A DNA stretch of 63,213 nt, counting the filler, from Basidiobolus meristosporus CBS 931.73 (lineage: Eukaryota > Fungi > Basidiobolomycota): NCBI GenBank assembly GCA_002104905.1. It is 3 parts of 3 records of this genome, joined end to end, with 100 filler letters (N's around TTAATTAATTAA, not from the genome) between each part and the next. Parts side by side here need not be neighbours in the genome. Positions count along the whole stretch, not along the records: positions 12,981 to 37,521 come from MCFE01000947.1; 2 more parts are not named here. The stretch is one strand, 5' to 3'. The first letter of the stretch is position 1. Each line of letters begins with the position of its first letter. A program made the translations under genes and the position numbers. Of this stretch, positions 24,574 through 36,238 are shown piece after piece. The notes under the pieces were generated by a model, which worked only from the letters and a program-made list of their open reading frames with translations, did not search any database and was not told where the DNA came from.

Positions 24574-26963
24574 TGTATTGAAGAGAGAAGTGTAATAAAA
24601 CTCTTGAATGAGTTAGCTGAGCCTAAGTGACGCTAAGTGCAGAATCTTAGAATTGTCAAGGGTGACAGAAATATTAGCAGAGAAGTTCTGGTCTAATATT
24701 GGTTTTGTAATTAGTTGACTTGGGCTATAGAGGCGACAGAGTTGATTTGCTATACAGGCTAGACTTGGTGTTCTTGGGAATGCTAGATATGCTAAGCTTG
24801 GGTGGAAACTAGAACAGAATTGTTGAATTCTTAATTTTGCTGAGGCTCAATCTTAACTTTATTGAGACACACACTAGACCAAAAGCTCCAGTAATCTGTA
24901 TTTATATTTTTCTGATCAAGTTGAATTAGTAAGCACCAAGAGGCTGGACTAATTGAAATCTGTCGGGGTGCTGATTGGTGCATAAGATAAATGAAAAATT
25001 GCATCATTATTCAGCTGATGTCTTGTCAACTACTTAGTGGTTGGATAGATCTCAGATGACTAATCCTTTGGATAGGCTTAGCAGATCAGTTGAGGATGTA
25101 ATGACCACTTGAAATTGATCAGGTGTGACAGCTAAAAATAGATTCTGAGAAGCAATAAAATAAACCATAACAGGGATTAGTTATGTTTTGGTTAGGGAAA
25201 ATCAGTTAGGAACTAGATTTTCTAATGAAGTGAAATTGGCTAAGTTTTAAATGTTGATGCACAATATCACTTCCTCCTGGGAGAGGAGTTTTTTGATACC
25301 TTCTGGGTTCCCCTGTGGCTTCAATATTGACCAATGATGGCAACATCATCAAAGTTGGTGTAAGGTTCCCAAGTGTTGTGTTTGGCATCATAACCTTTCC
25401 ACTTGACTGAACAAAGGCAATTTGGTTCTTCTCTATCATTGTCGACAACAGCATCAACTTCATATGATTCAGAAGTAGCTGGGTCTAGAGATATAAGCTT
25501 GAGTGAAGAAGGTGGAAAGTTTTTGGGTTGCAGTGCTCCAATATTGTCCTGAAGTACATAAGATCCTCCAGTGGTACATCTGACAGCTTCAAATGGGCGT
25601 TCATATTTGGGGTCAAGTTTAGATTGTTGGATTGAGTCTAGTGTCATGACATATGACCCACCTGGGAAGCTGCTGTTCCTGTGTCTTGAGGCATATGTTG
25701 AAGTCATCTTTTGGTGTGAGGTCTTACTTCTTGCACTGATAGCAGGGTAGACAATGTTGGTAAGGTACTCAAGTCAGCTCTTTAGCTTGTCTGTATTCAA
25801 CTTTGCTAACTCTGCATTCTGGTAGTCTCCAAAGTGGTTGAATTATCTTCCAAACATCAAAGAAAATGGTGTTGATCCATGTAGAGTAGCAATTATGGTG
25901 TTGATAGCATACTGTACTGTTGGAATGTACTTTTCTCAATTCCTTTTAATACCTTTGATAAATTTCCTGATGATGATCACTGAGGTCTGAACATGTCTTT
26001 CAGCAAGTCCTTCAGCTTTGGGATGATAGGGAGTGATTAGACAGTGACTAATGGTGCTATTCTGGCACAGGGCTTTGATCACATGATTTACAAATTCTGT
26101 TCCATTATCCAATTGAATGACCTTAGGGAATCCAAAAAGGCAGAAGGGCTTGAATAGTGGATGTGCAATAGTGGCAGCATACTTGTCTGGGACAGCTTTG
26201 AGGAAGACAAAATGTGTACAGACATCCACAATTACAAAGAGGTAGTGATTACCATCATCATTAGTGGTGAAAGGTCCAGCTAGATCAATTGCAATATGAC
26301 CCATAGGAAGGCTTGCATGGATGAGACTCAAAGGGTGAAATCCATGGTGGCTGATTTGTAAAGTTGACATTCTCTGCAAGACTTGACAAGTTCTAGGCAG
26401 TCAGCTTTGATATTTGGCCAGTGATATCCCTCAGAGTGTAGCTTCTTCCTAAGTGTGACAGCTCCAAAGTGGCCAAGTGATTGACTCCTCTGTATTAATG
26501 TCTTCCTTTCATTAGCATGTGGGGTTTTGCAAGTTGTTGAATCCAGTTGAGGGATCATTTCAGAAGCTGTAGTGAGCTTACTGATCATGTCAGTAATCAC
26601 ATGTCCCTCTCAAGGTGAAGTTGGGAAAAGTCTTGAAAGGTGGTCAGGCAGGATGTTGAGGATTCCTGGGCAATGAATAACTGTATATTCATAATCAAAT
26701 AGAATATCAAGCCAGTTAGTAAGCATTGGAGCTAGAGTCTTTTGAGTAGGGATCTAGACAAGGGCTTGGTGGTCTGTGTATAATGTAAAAGGGTTACCCC
26801 ATAAGTACTGATGAAACTTCTTCAAGGCAAAGACTATGGCAAGTAGCTCCTTCTTGATGGCAGAGTAGCTTCTCTCAGCAGGTTGTAGGGATTTGGCCTG
26901 CAAAGAGATTCAATGAGATGGATTTTGGTTCTCATCCTGGTATAAGACAGCCCCTAACCCAAC
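24574..26963 (-). mobile_element. 3' fragment of a chromovirus-type Ty3/gypsy (RNase H, integrase, chromodomain, PPT, 3' LTR about 24574-25269)
   Basis: GLGAVLYQ; HIAIDLAGP...TPYHPKAEGLAER; chromodomain YEVDAVV...VKWKGYDAKHNTWEP; PPT AGGAGGAAG then TGATATTG...CAATACA. Confidence 0.88.
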
Positions 26964-29900
26964 TTGCTTTCTTGAATTCCATGTAATTGCTCCTTTACAG
27001 TAAAGAAAGGTGTATCCTGTGGTTGATCTTCTGTCTTCTAAATTTTGTCCCCAATCAGCATCAGAATATCCCATAAAATCCTGTTCTGAGTTCTTATAAG
27101 TGTATCTTAAGCAGATATCAGCAGTTCCTTTTAGGTATCTAAAAATCCGCTTAACTGCTGCAATATGATCAGATCCATAATTCTGATTATGTTGGCTGAC
27201 AACTCCCACTGAATATGAAATATCTGGATGTGTTCCAAGCATGATATATATCAGACTGCCAACCATAGATTGATAAGGAAAGTCAGGGCTTTCAGATGGC
27301 ACCAAGCTCTCTTGATTTGGTTGAGTTTTGACCAAGTTAAGGGTTGTCTCCATTTGGGGTAGCTGCCGGTTTACAGTCTTCCATTTTGTACTTCTTTAGT
27401 ATATCTTGAGTATACTTGGATTGGATTAGGGTAATAGTCTGGGTACTTCTGTCTATGGAGAACTTAATCCCTAAGTAGTAACTGAGTTCTCCTAGATTGG
27501 ACATCTTGAACTCCTTAGATAGGCTGGATTTAGTCTCTTTCAATGTTTCTAGGTTATTGGTGGCTATAATAAGATCATCCACATATAGAGCTAATAGAGC
27601 TTGATTTGCTCTATCTAGCTTGTAGTGTATACTATAGTCAGCATTACTCCTTTTGAAATTCAAAGATTCCAAATAAGAATCTTTCTTGCAATTCCAGGCT
27701 CTTGGTGATTGTTTGAGACCATAAAGTGACTTTTTAAGCTTGCAGACCAAATGGGGGTTATCTTGGTAAACACACCCATCAGTCTGGTCCATATACATGT
27801 CCTCATCAAGTTCTCCACTCAAAAATGCAGTTTTTACATTCACTTGATGAATAAAACACTTAATTTTGGCTGCAACAGCTAATATAATCTGATGGAATTA
27901 AACTTGGCTACCGGTGCAAAGGTCTCAGTATAGTCAAGTCCTTTTGTTTGAGAGCATCTTTTGGCCACAAGTCTTACTTTGTATCTTTGAACTGTACTAT
28001 CAGCCTTGTATTTTGTCTTGAAGACCCATCTGCATGCAATCAGTTTTTGGTTGATTGGTAATTTGACCAAGTCCCAAGTTTGATTTTCCATCAGGGCCTG
28101 ATATTCCTCAGTCATTGCAGATCTCCAATACCTTGCCTGGGGGCTATTAAGGGCCTCTTTTACAGTCTGGGGCTCATCAATATGAACTGAATAGGCATAG
28201 GCTAAGTTTGTACCCTCATTGATATAGTAATTTGGGCTATTTCTTGTCTGATTGGATCTGTGGGCATTTGATACTGGAATGATCACTTCTGGGATATTCC
28301 TGGGCACTGATTCTGGCCAAACCACAGTTGTGAAGTCCTCTGGAGTGAAAAAATTTTCATCATTTTGCTCTGATTCAATCCTAACAATTAGTGGACTTGA
28401 GATCAGATTTTCATCATCATCTGATGTCATTTTTTGTGAAAGTTTTGAATTTTGATCAAACAACACATCCCTGGACTTGATCAGCTTCTTTGCTTTGGTA
28501 TTGTAGAGTTTGTATGCTTTACCCTCATTGCAGTAGCCCAAAAATATGCATTTTACACTTTTTGGCTCAAATTTTGACTGATTTCTGCGCAGTTTCTTGG
28601 CATATGCTGTACATCCAAATATTCTTAGATGTTTTGCACTTGGTCTGTATCCAAACCATGCATAAAGTGGAGTATAATCACAAGGTATTCTGTTATAACT
28701 CCTATTTTAAGATATACAGCAGTGGCAACTGATTCCACCCAAATATCATGGGATAATTTTTGGTCATGGATCATAGATCTTGCCATATCAATTATTGATC
28801 TGTTAGCACATTCTGCTACTCCATCTTGCTGTGGGGAGTATGGTACAGTAATCTCTTGCTTTATCCCATGAATTTTGCAGAAGTGGATGAAGAGTTTTGA
28901 GGTATATTCTCCACCATTGTCAGAGCGTATTTTCTTGATTTTTTCACCAGTTTCTCTCTCCACCATGGCTTTAAACTTGCTGAACTTAGACAGAGCTTCT
29001 TCCTTTCTCCCCATGAAGTAGACTCATATATATCTTATATCATCTTCAATAATAGTTATTAAATACTTTGTCCTGCCTAAGGATACGTTTTGCATAGGTT
29101 CACACAGATCTGAGTGAATTAGATCCCGTTTTTTCTTAGTATTGATTAACCCAGAGCTCTTGAACAGTTGTCTGGCTTGTTTCCCATGCATGAAGGCTTC
29201 ACAGTGCTCCAAATTAGCTGGGGATCAACTTTTATTATGGATGTTTGCTGTTCTATGATCATTTTGCACAAATAATCAAAATTGATGTGCCCAAATCTCC
29301 TGTGCCAAAGTATTGGTGTTTCTTCATTTAAGTTACTTATACTGGCTTCCAGATATGATGGAAAATAAGTCAACTTGTATATGTTCTGATCTCTGATACC
29401 CAAAGCAATAAGGGCACCATTTTGATCAGTGATCTTGCATCCAGAATTGTCAAAGCTGAAACTGAGTCCTTCTGCAGTGGCCTTGCTTACAGATAGTGGG
29501 TAATTTGCTATTTCTGGTGCATAGAGCACTTCCTTGAAGGTCAGTGTATGGCTTCCCTCACTGCTTCTTAGGTTTACTTGGATAGTTCCTTCTCCCACTG
29601 CATCAAGTGTTCTATTGTCACCCAAGAAAACCTTCTTAATTGGAATTTCTTGATATTGGATAAAACATTCTTTTTGTTGTGTAAGGTGTTGAGATGCTCC
29701 AGAGTCAATATACCATGTCTGAGACTCCTTATTTGTGGTCATACTTAGTGCAGATCTGAATAGTCTATTTTATGTTGTTGCCGCATTTCTATATTCAGGC
29801 TTTTTCAGCTGACTATCTCTGTTTTTGAAGCACTGGTCTAATGTGTGTCCTTTCCTTTTGTAGTAGTTGCAAAACAGGTTGCTGTTGTCTTTGTAAGGCC

Positions 29901-30925
29901 TTGGGTACCTCCTTGGTTGGTTATTGCTACTTATTAAAGCATTTTCTTTTGCCTTCTTATTGGCACTTGATTTTCTTAATTCTTCATCCAGGAGCCTTCC
30001 ATATATGTATTTTAAGGTCAAATCTTCAGTTCTGGACTCTAGGGCTGATACAAGACCCTGAAACCTGTCTGTCAGACTATTCAGGATGGCAACTATCACA
30101 TCCTCATCAGTAGCTGGTACACCTATAGATTCCGTCTCATCTACCTGCAGGGTAATTCTTTTAATTAGATTTTTCATTTTTTCTCCTGGCTGCATCTTTG
30201 TAGTAAAGAATTTTGTCTCAGATACATCTTCTTGGCAGCTGAACATGACTGGTAGGTGTCTTCTAATGCCTTCCAGGCATTCTTTGCTGTTTTTGCTCTT
30301 GAGCATTGAATTAGCAATTTGTCTTAAACATCAAGGCAAATGCAGTTAAAGGCACTCTGTTCTTTCTTCTGGTATTTAAGGATTCTTCTCCCACATTTTT
30401 AGGATGGTGTTCTTCTGCCATGACAATATCCCAAAGGTCTCTTTCTTGTAGCAACATCTTCATCTTCACCTTCCACACTTGGTAGTTAGATCCATCCAAC
30501 TTTTCAGCAGAGGGAAAAATTCCGGTAATAGCAGTAATAGAAATTGCAGAGAGTGACAGCGCAGGACTCATAACCTGTTGCAAGAGTCTTGGAGATTTTG
30601 GAAGTGATTTGGGAGGACAAGTAGATTATATGGTTTTCACTTAATGATCTATTAAATGTAAAAGTAGTATTTATACTTTTACATGGTCTTGGCATAAAAG
30701 ACACATAGAATAGACTTAGAAAGATCTCAAGAACATGTGTGCAAAGCTTGGGGCTGTTTTGACAACCTTGAGAACTTGCATGCCCTGGGTACCTGATGCT
30801 TTGGTGAGAATATTCCAAGTAAATTCCAACAAGAAATTTAGTCAGTATTCTCTAGGATTTGAAGGTAATGGTCTAAGTGGCTAAGGTAGGTAAATATTTA
30901 GGTGGAATTACAAATTTTTACAACA
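26964..30925 (-). mobile_element. Copia copy C: 5' LTR (30576-30925), PBS, gag-pol, truncated within RNase H
   Basis: Same domain series as copy A; PBS GGTTATGAGTCCTGCGC at 30559-30575; ends at WNSRKQ. Confidence 0.93.
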
Positions 30926-32756
30926 AATGCCACATAATCTGCTTGTCCTCCCAAATCACTTCCAATAGCTCCAAGACTCTTATAACAGTGTAATGGTTGA
31001 TTGCATTATATGCCGGGGAAATGATATGATCTATATTCTAGAATTACACCAATATCTGACAGTCAAGCTTCTGGAAGCTTGAGCTAATAATAAACAGAGA
31101 TGCCTCTCACTACAAATTTGTATCACCAATAGTATGACTTGCCCATTCAGAGTGCTGGAGTGAAAAAGGTGACTTGGCCAAATTGTGTTTCTCTTGCTGT
31201 GCATCAATATTCAAGAAAAAGCAAATCTCATCACAAAAACTGCAAGGATTCAGTCTCACTAATAGTCCTTGCTAGCACTTCAGTATCTGATCCCTTAGAT
31301 TTGATCATAAAATTATCCAACTTCTATCTTATATTTATCCACCAACACTAATAGATACTCTCATGGAACCTCAGCCTATCTCTAAAGCTGACCAAATGGC
31401 TCACAACACTGTATCTTTAGTGGTTTATTTTATCCCAGATTATCTTAAATTAGTGATCAAACTTCTTGGTTCCATAAGCTGCCACTCTATCTATAGTTTT
31501 CATAGCAAAGCAAATTGGTTGGGACCAAGTGTTTTTGGCACAATGGTATTGTGACAAGACTTTAGGGAGTGTTGGAAGCAATTTCAAGAAACTACAAGCA
31601 GACTCTGAGAATTAGCTAAAATCTGACAAACTAAATCTCAAGTAAATAAATCATGACTTTGCAATGAGCTATGTAGAATCCTGCATTTTATGAGTAACTT
31701 TGGTGTAACCTAAGTACTGGCAGCATTAGAGCTACAAACATTCTCCAGATTACCCTAAGCTGTGCACCTATGCTCTGTTTTAAGTGTTTGGGAAAGAAAG
31801 GAAGCAATTAGAAAAATAAAAAGATTATGTATTTTAACTTGATGATTAAGTAAATATAAAGTAGTATCAATACTGATACATAGCTATGGCAAAGTAGGCA
31901 CATGATATATGTTTAAAAGATCCCATGAGTACATGTGCAAAGCTTAGTAATCTTTGGACAACTTTGGGAAAACCCATGTTCTATGTACCTGATATTGGGT
32001 AAAATACTCTAGTTGAATCCCAACCAAGAACCTGAGCAAGATGCTCTGAGATTAATATGCCATGATATTTCCTAGGCTTTCTGGAAGTCATCACTCTTGG
32101 TAGATTTGGACTTGGAGTAGAGCCAGTTTTGTGATGATATTTTCACTTGAGAGCCCATAGGCAAGTTTGAAATATTTGGTGGTATTTGGATCATTGTAAT
32201 CTATTTACAAAACTAATATATATATTATCAGCTTACTCAAGGGGTTCTTCAAGAGAATATGTGGTTTCTAATCATTAACATAATAGGGACCTCTGAATAT
32301 TTGGGTGACAAACTAAGATCAAGCATCAAATGTACTGCTTGCCAGGAACCATATAGAGGAAGATGGCCTATTAAACTAAATTGCTCAACTGAAAGTGCCG
32401 AAACGCCGAAATGACAAAATCAAATCAATGACCATATCATCTATATCTATACATATAGTAGTAGTGTGATAACAAATAGGAGGCAATTAAAATGCATCGG
32501 GGTATTGATTCTAAACTAACTTTGTTAGTCACCCACATATCCCTGTTGAGGAAGCTTTGTATCGGTACGCAAAGTTATTCAGCTCGACAAGGCTGCACGC
32601 TTTTGTTTGGATGTTTGCTATGCGTTCAACTCGCATTCTATATAATGCCATGCACTAGAGGCTCCCTTCAGCACAATCCCGCAACAACACTTGTATTTTG
32701 CGAGCGAACTGTAGTCTAACTAGGAACACATACAAACCCCGACCTCACCTTCACCA

Positions 32757-34157
32757 ATGTTATATTTGACTGCAGATTTCTTCCCGGTGTTCGTTCCGTT
32801 TGGGATCATCGGCCTGTATCGGTACATATGGTACATTATCAAACTGATGGCTTACTTCATATACGAGCCCATACAACCACGGGAAAACCCCACCTACCAG
32901 TCCAATAGGGATGTCACCATTGTGGTCCCGACCATAGACGCAGGCCAAGAATTCAGAGAGGCGGCGTTTTCCTGGTTGGCCAACGATCCCAAGGAGATTC
33001 TCGTCATAACAGAGGAGAGTATGCGGGAGCCACTTCAGAACTTAGCCAACGCGGTGAACCCCGAGAAGATCCGGGTGCTGACGGTTGCCAAGGCGAACAA
33101 ACGATTGCAGATGATCGAGGGGGTTCGTAGGACCACCACCGAGATCCTGGTCTTCGTGGACGACGATGCTATCTGGCCACCAACCTTGCTTCAGTACGTG
33201 TTGGCGTGCTTTGAGGATCGGAGGATGGGCGGAGTGGGGACCTCCCAGTCTGTCAAAGCGGTCGACAGGCGGCAGACCATATGGGAGGTTCTGGCCGGCT
33301 TTCGGTTGACTCAGAGAAACATCGAGGTCGCAGCTTCGACGCATATAGACGGAGGGGTTTGCTGCCTCTCCGGTCGTACGGCGGCATATCGGACAGCAAT
33401 CCTGAAGGATCCCGTGTTCATTCATAGCTTCACGAATGACCTGTGGCTTGACAAGTACCCGCTCAATTCGGGTGACGACAAGTTCTTGACCAGGTGGATG
33501 GTGAACCACGGATGGAGCACTTTCGTCCAAGTGTGTCCGGAAGCCGAGCTTCTCTCCACGTTCAAGAACAACTGGCGCTTCCTGAAGCAAGTCCTGCGTT
33601 GGACAAGGAACACCTGGCGCTCCGACATTCGCTCCCTTTGCACCGAACGAGTCATCTGGCGTCGCTATCCGTTTGTGGCCTTCACCATGTTGGACAAGTT
33701 CTTCAACCCGTTCACCCTTCTAGCCGGGCCGCTCCTGGTGCTTTCGCTTTGCGTCAAGGCTTACAAAGGCCAATACCATCTGCCACTCTGGGTGGTGATC
33801 CTGTCGTACATCTTTTGGCTGCTGATCACTCGCTGCATCAAGCTGCTACCTCACTTCTGGCGTCGGCCCCAGGACATAGTGTACGTGCCAGCCTTCTTGC
33901 TTTTCAACTACTACTTTGCCATTATGAAGCTGTACGCGCTGTGCACCCTCCATGTCACCGCATGGGGAACTCGCCAGGGCGTGGACAGCACCGGCTTCGA
34001 GGAGAAAGGGCGCGCCCCCATGCTGGACGAGAAAGCGTCGGTGGGAAGCGATGACACCGCGGACGACACCCGCATCTCTTTGGAGGGGCCGGCAGAATCA
34101 CAGCCAAAGGATGCTCCGTTGCTTCCACCACCCCACTCCTTATGTACAGAAGTATGA
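32757..34157 (+). CDS. Processive GT2 polysaccharide synthase (Cps1 / hyaluronan-synthase-like)
   Basis: Intronless 466-aa ORF with D, DxD (FVDDD), SGDD and QVLRW (QxxRW) motifs, N- and C-terminal membrane segments and WGTR. Confidence 0.9.
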   Translation: MLYLTADFFPVFVPFGIIGLYRYIWYIIKLMAYFIYEPIQPRENPTYQSNRDVTIVVPTIDAGQEFREAAFSWLANDPKEILVITEESMREPLQNLANAVNPEKIRVLTVAKANKRLQMIEGVRRTTTEILVFVDDDAIWPPTLLQYVLACFEDRRMGGVGTSQSVKAVDRRQTIWEVLAGFRLTQRNIEVAASTHIDGGVCCLSGRTAAYRTAILKDPVFIHSFTNDLWLDKYPLNSGDDKFLTRWMVNHGWSTFVQVCPEAELLSTFKNNWRFLKQVLRWTRNTWRSDIRSLCTERVIWRRYPFVAFTMLDKFFNPFTLLAGPLLVLSLCVKAYKGQYHLPLWVVILSYIFWLLITRCIKLLPHFWRRPQDIVYVPAFLLFNYYFAIMKLYALCTLHVTAWGTRQGVDSTGFEEKGRAPMLDEKASVGSDDTADDTRISLEGPAESQPKDAPLLPPPHSLCTEV

Positions 34158-34324
34158 GCGAATCTGCATACAATACCCCCGAGATATACATATATATATA
34201 TATACTTAGTCTAGTGAAAACCACGAAATAAACTCATGATTGTCTACGAACAGCGGCAAATGAACCTATTTACAGTGACTTGCTTCTTTATTGCCCAATT
34301 AATTCCATCAACCTCTCCGAACAT

Positions 34325-35584
34325 TCAGTGCCAATCTCTATTGAGCGACGTCAACTTGCGCTCTAGGCTATTTACCTGGCTATGGAGCCTGCGATTTTCC
34401 GAGGTGACCTGTCGAAGTTTACGATAGGCCTGCGCGGAGATGTCATCGAACTGAGTCCGAGCATTGTCCATCGACTTCAACAGGCTGGATCGAGCCGATT
34501 GCTCCAGAGCAAGCTGCTTCTTGATCTTCTCCAGCTCTTTCGACAGCATGCTGTTCTCCCATCTGAGCGACTCAAGATCCTGCTGAGCGGCGTCGGTGGG
34601 ATGCCTGGGCAGATCGGACGTGAGGGGAAGTTGCTGCGCCATCGACATTGACATCTCCTCGATGGTGTGAAAGCTATCCTCCGAGGAGAAGGATGATGTG
34701 CGTGAGCGTGGGCCGCTGATCTGCTCCTCGCAGTCATCCTTATCTGCATGTTGAATCACTTCCTCTTCGGATTGGAAAGACACCTTGATGCCTTTTGGGG
34801 TCTCTAGGGGTTGGTCCCTGAGCGGTAACCGAGCCGGGGACCCCCCCTTCCGGGCCATTCCTGCCTTTGGCGCTGGGGAAAGCCGGAATGGTGTGGATGC
34901 GGCTGAATCATACTGATGCCTATTCATTGCTGGGCCATGGGGTCGGTTGGTGGGGATGGGTGGCGGTCTGTTGTCCTCCCAGTCTTCTTCATACGCCTGC
35001 AACTGGTAGCGCTGGGGGTGTTGTCCTCTCAGAGAGTCTAGGGTGGCTTTGCTGTGGTCGAATATGCTGTCTACGGGAGATGGTTGAGGGGATATACTGA
35101 ACAAGGAAGCGGATGGGGAGGAAGGTAAGGACTGTTCGGAAGAGGTTGTCGCATCTTTATCCCCGCTCCTCTTGGATTTTTTGCCGAACGTTTTCTTGAT
35201 CAGGGAGCTGATGGATTTCTTCTCTGCGACCATCAAGGTAGCTCCGGTGGACGAGGTGTCCGAGTTGGCCTCCGTATCGCTTCCAGGATAGTTGTGGCTG
35301 TCGAGATCGGCCATGGTTTCGGCAGGGTGAGTGGTGCTCAGCTGTGCATATGAATTAAAGTGAGGTAGGGCAGACCTGGGGGGACTGTCTACCGAGGAGT
35401 GCTTTAACTTGTGAGAGAAGTTGTCGAAAGAGACCTGCTTTTTCAGGGATTTTCTTGCAGGGTGTTGGCCGACCCGAGCCTTCTCCGAGGGATTATTCGA
35501 CACTGAGCCGCGCCTGTTTGATACCAAGGAAAGCCTTGTGGGCGGCTCCGTTTGTAAGATTCGATCGAACTCTTCGGTTGTCAT
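34325..35584 (-). CDS. Hypothetical Ser/Pro-rich protein with C-terminal coiled coil
   Basis: 419-aa uninterrupted ORF in the CpG-rich island; heptad-like C-terminus (LESLRWENSMLSKELEKIKKQL...). Confidence 0.75.
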   Translation of the reverse strand: MTTEEFDRILQTEPPTRLSLVSNRRGSVSNNPSEKARVGQHPARKSLKKQVSFDNFSHKLKHSSVDSPPRSALPHFNSYAQLSTTHPAETMADLDSHNYPGSDTEANSDTSSTGATLMVAEKKSISSLIKKTFGKKSKRSGDKDATTSSEQSLPSSPSASLFSISPQPSPVDSIFDHSKATLDSLRGQHPQRYQLQAYEEDWEDNRPPPIPTNRPHGPAMNRHQYDSAASTPFRLSPAPKAGMARKGGSPARLPLRDQPLETPKGIKVSFQSEEEVIQHADKDDCEEQISGPRSRTSSFSSEDSFHTIEEMSMSMAQQLPLTSDLPRHPTDAAQQDLESLRWENSMLSKELEKIKKQLALEQSARSSLLKSMDNARTQFDDISAQAYRKLRQVTSENRRLHSQVNSLERKLTSLNRDWH

Positions 35585-36238
35585 GAGGCGCTTTTCTCTG
35601 AGTTTTCTTGGGCTGTTGATGTTCTCCTCAAACGGCCCGGCGGCGGAAGGGTTTGTGGAAGTCTGGAAGGCATTTAGTCCTTGTCAAGGTGACTGCGAGC
35701 AGTGAATAATGAGCTTACCATGGCTTCAAAGCCCATACTATTACTTCCGGAAAAGGGAAAGCGGGGAGGGAGGGAACTGTCGAAGAAGAGGGGGGAACGT
35801 AGGTGGAGTTGGGAAATAAAGTTGTCGTGGTGTGGTGACGACAGTGAAGATATAGAATGGAAAAAAATAAGCAATTGTGGGGAGGCAAACAATAATAGTC
35901 GTACATATTTAGCCACACGAGAACTATATTAAATTTCCTTTTATTGTCACTCCCAGCGACAACAACTACTAATTGTTGCATTATTCCGCAAAAAGCAATT
36001 CGTCGAGGCCACGTTTTGCCTCCATTTGGTTGTGCAAATTAAACCATCCGAGACTAAGGATAGACAACAATCCATAGGCAATCTGATTAAATGTAAACAA
36101 CATGGTGATTGGATTCCTCTTGCAGGCTTTGTTGACACAAGCGGATTACCCTTTGTTTTCACCTAGCCGACCTTTCAGAAGCCACTCTATTTTCCAGCCG
36201 CACTGCATTCATCCAACATACCCTCTTGCACGAAGAAA

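Noticed and set aside
26951-26963. GGGTTAGGGG telomere-like motif at the copia/gypsy junction
   Set aside because: It encodes G-L-G of the conserved gypsy RNase H GLGAVL motif; a single repeat explained by coding.
18509-30818. Repeated ORFs with MPRP.KSINTTFTFNKSLSENH
   Set aside because: Chance frames within the copia LTR copies.
33042-35100. Long overlapping antisense or alternative-frame ORFs in the GC-rich island
   Set aside because: Expected shadows of GC-rich coding sequence; no motifs.
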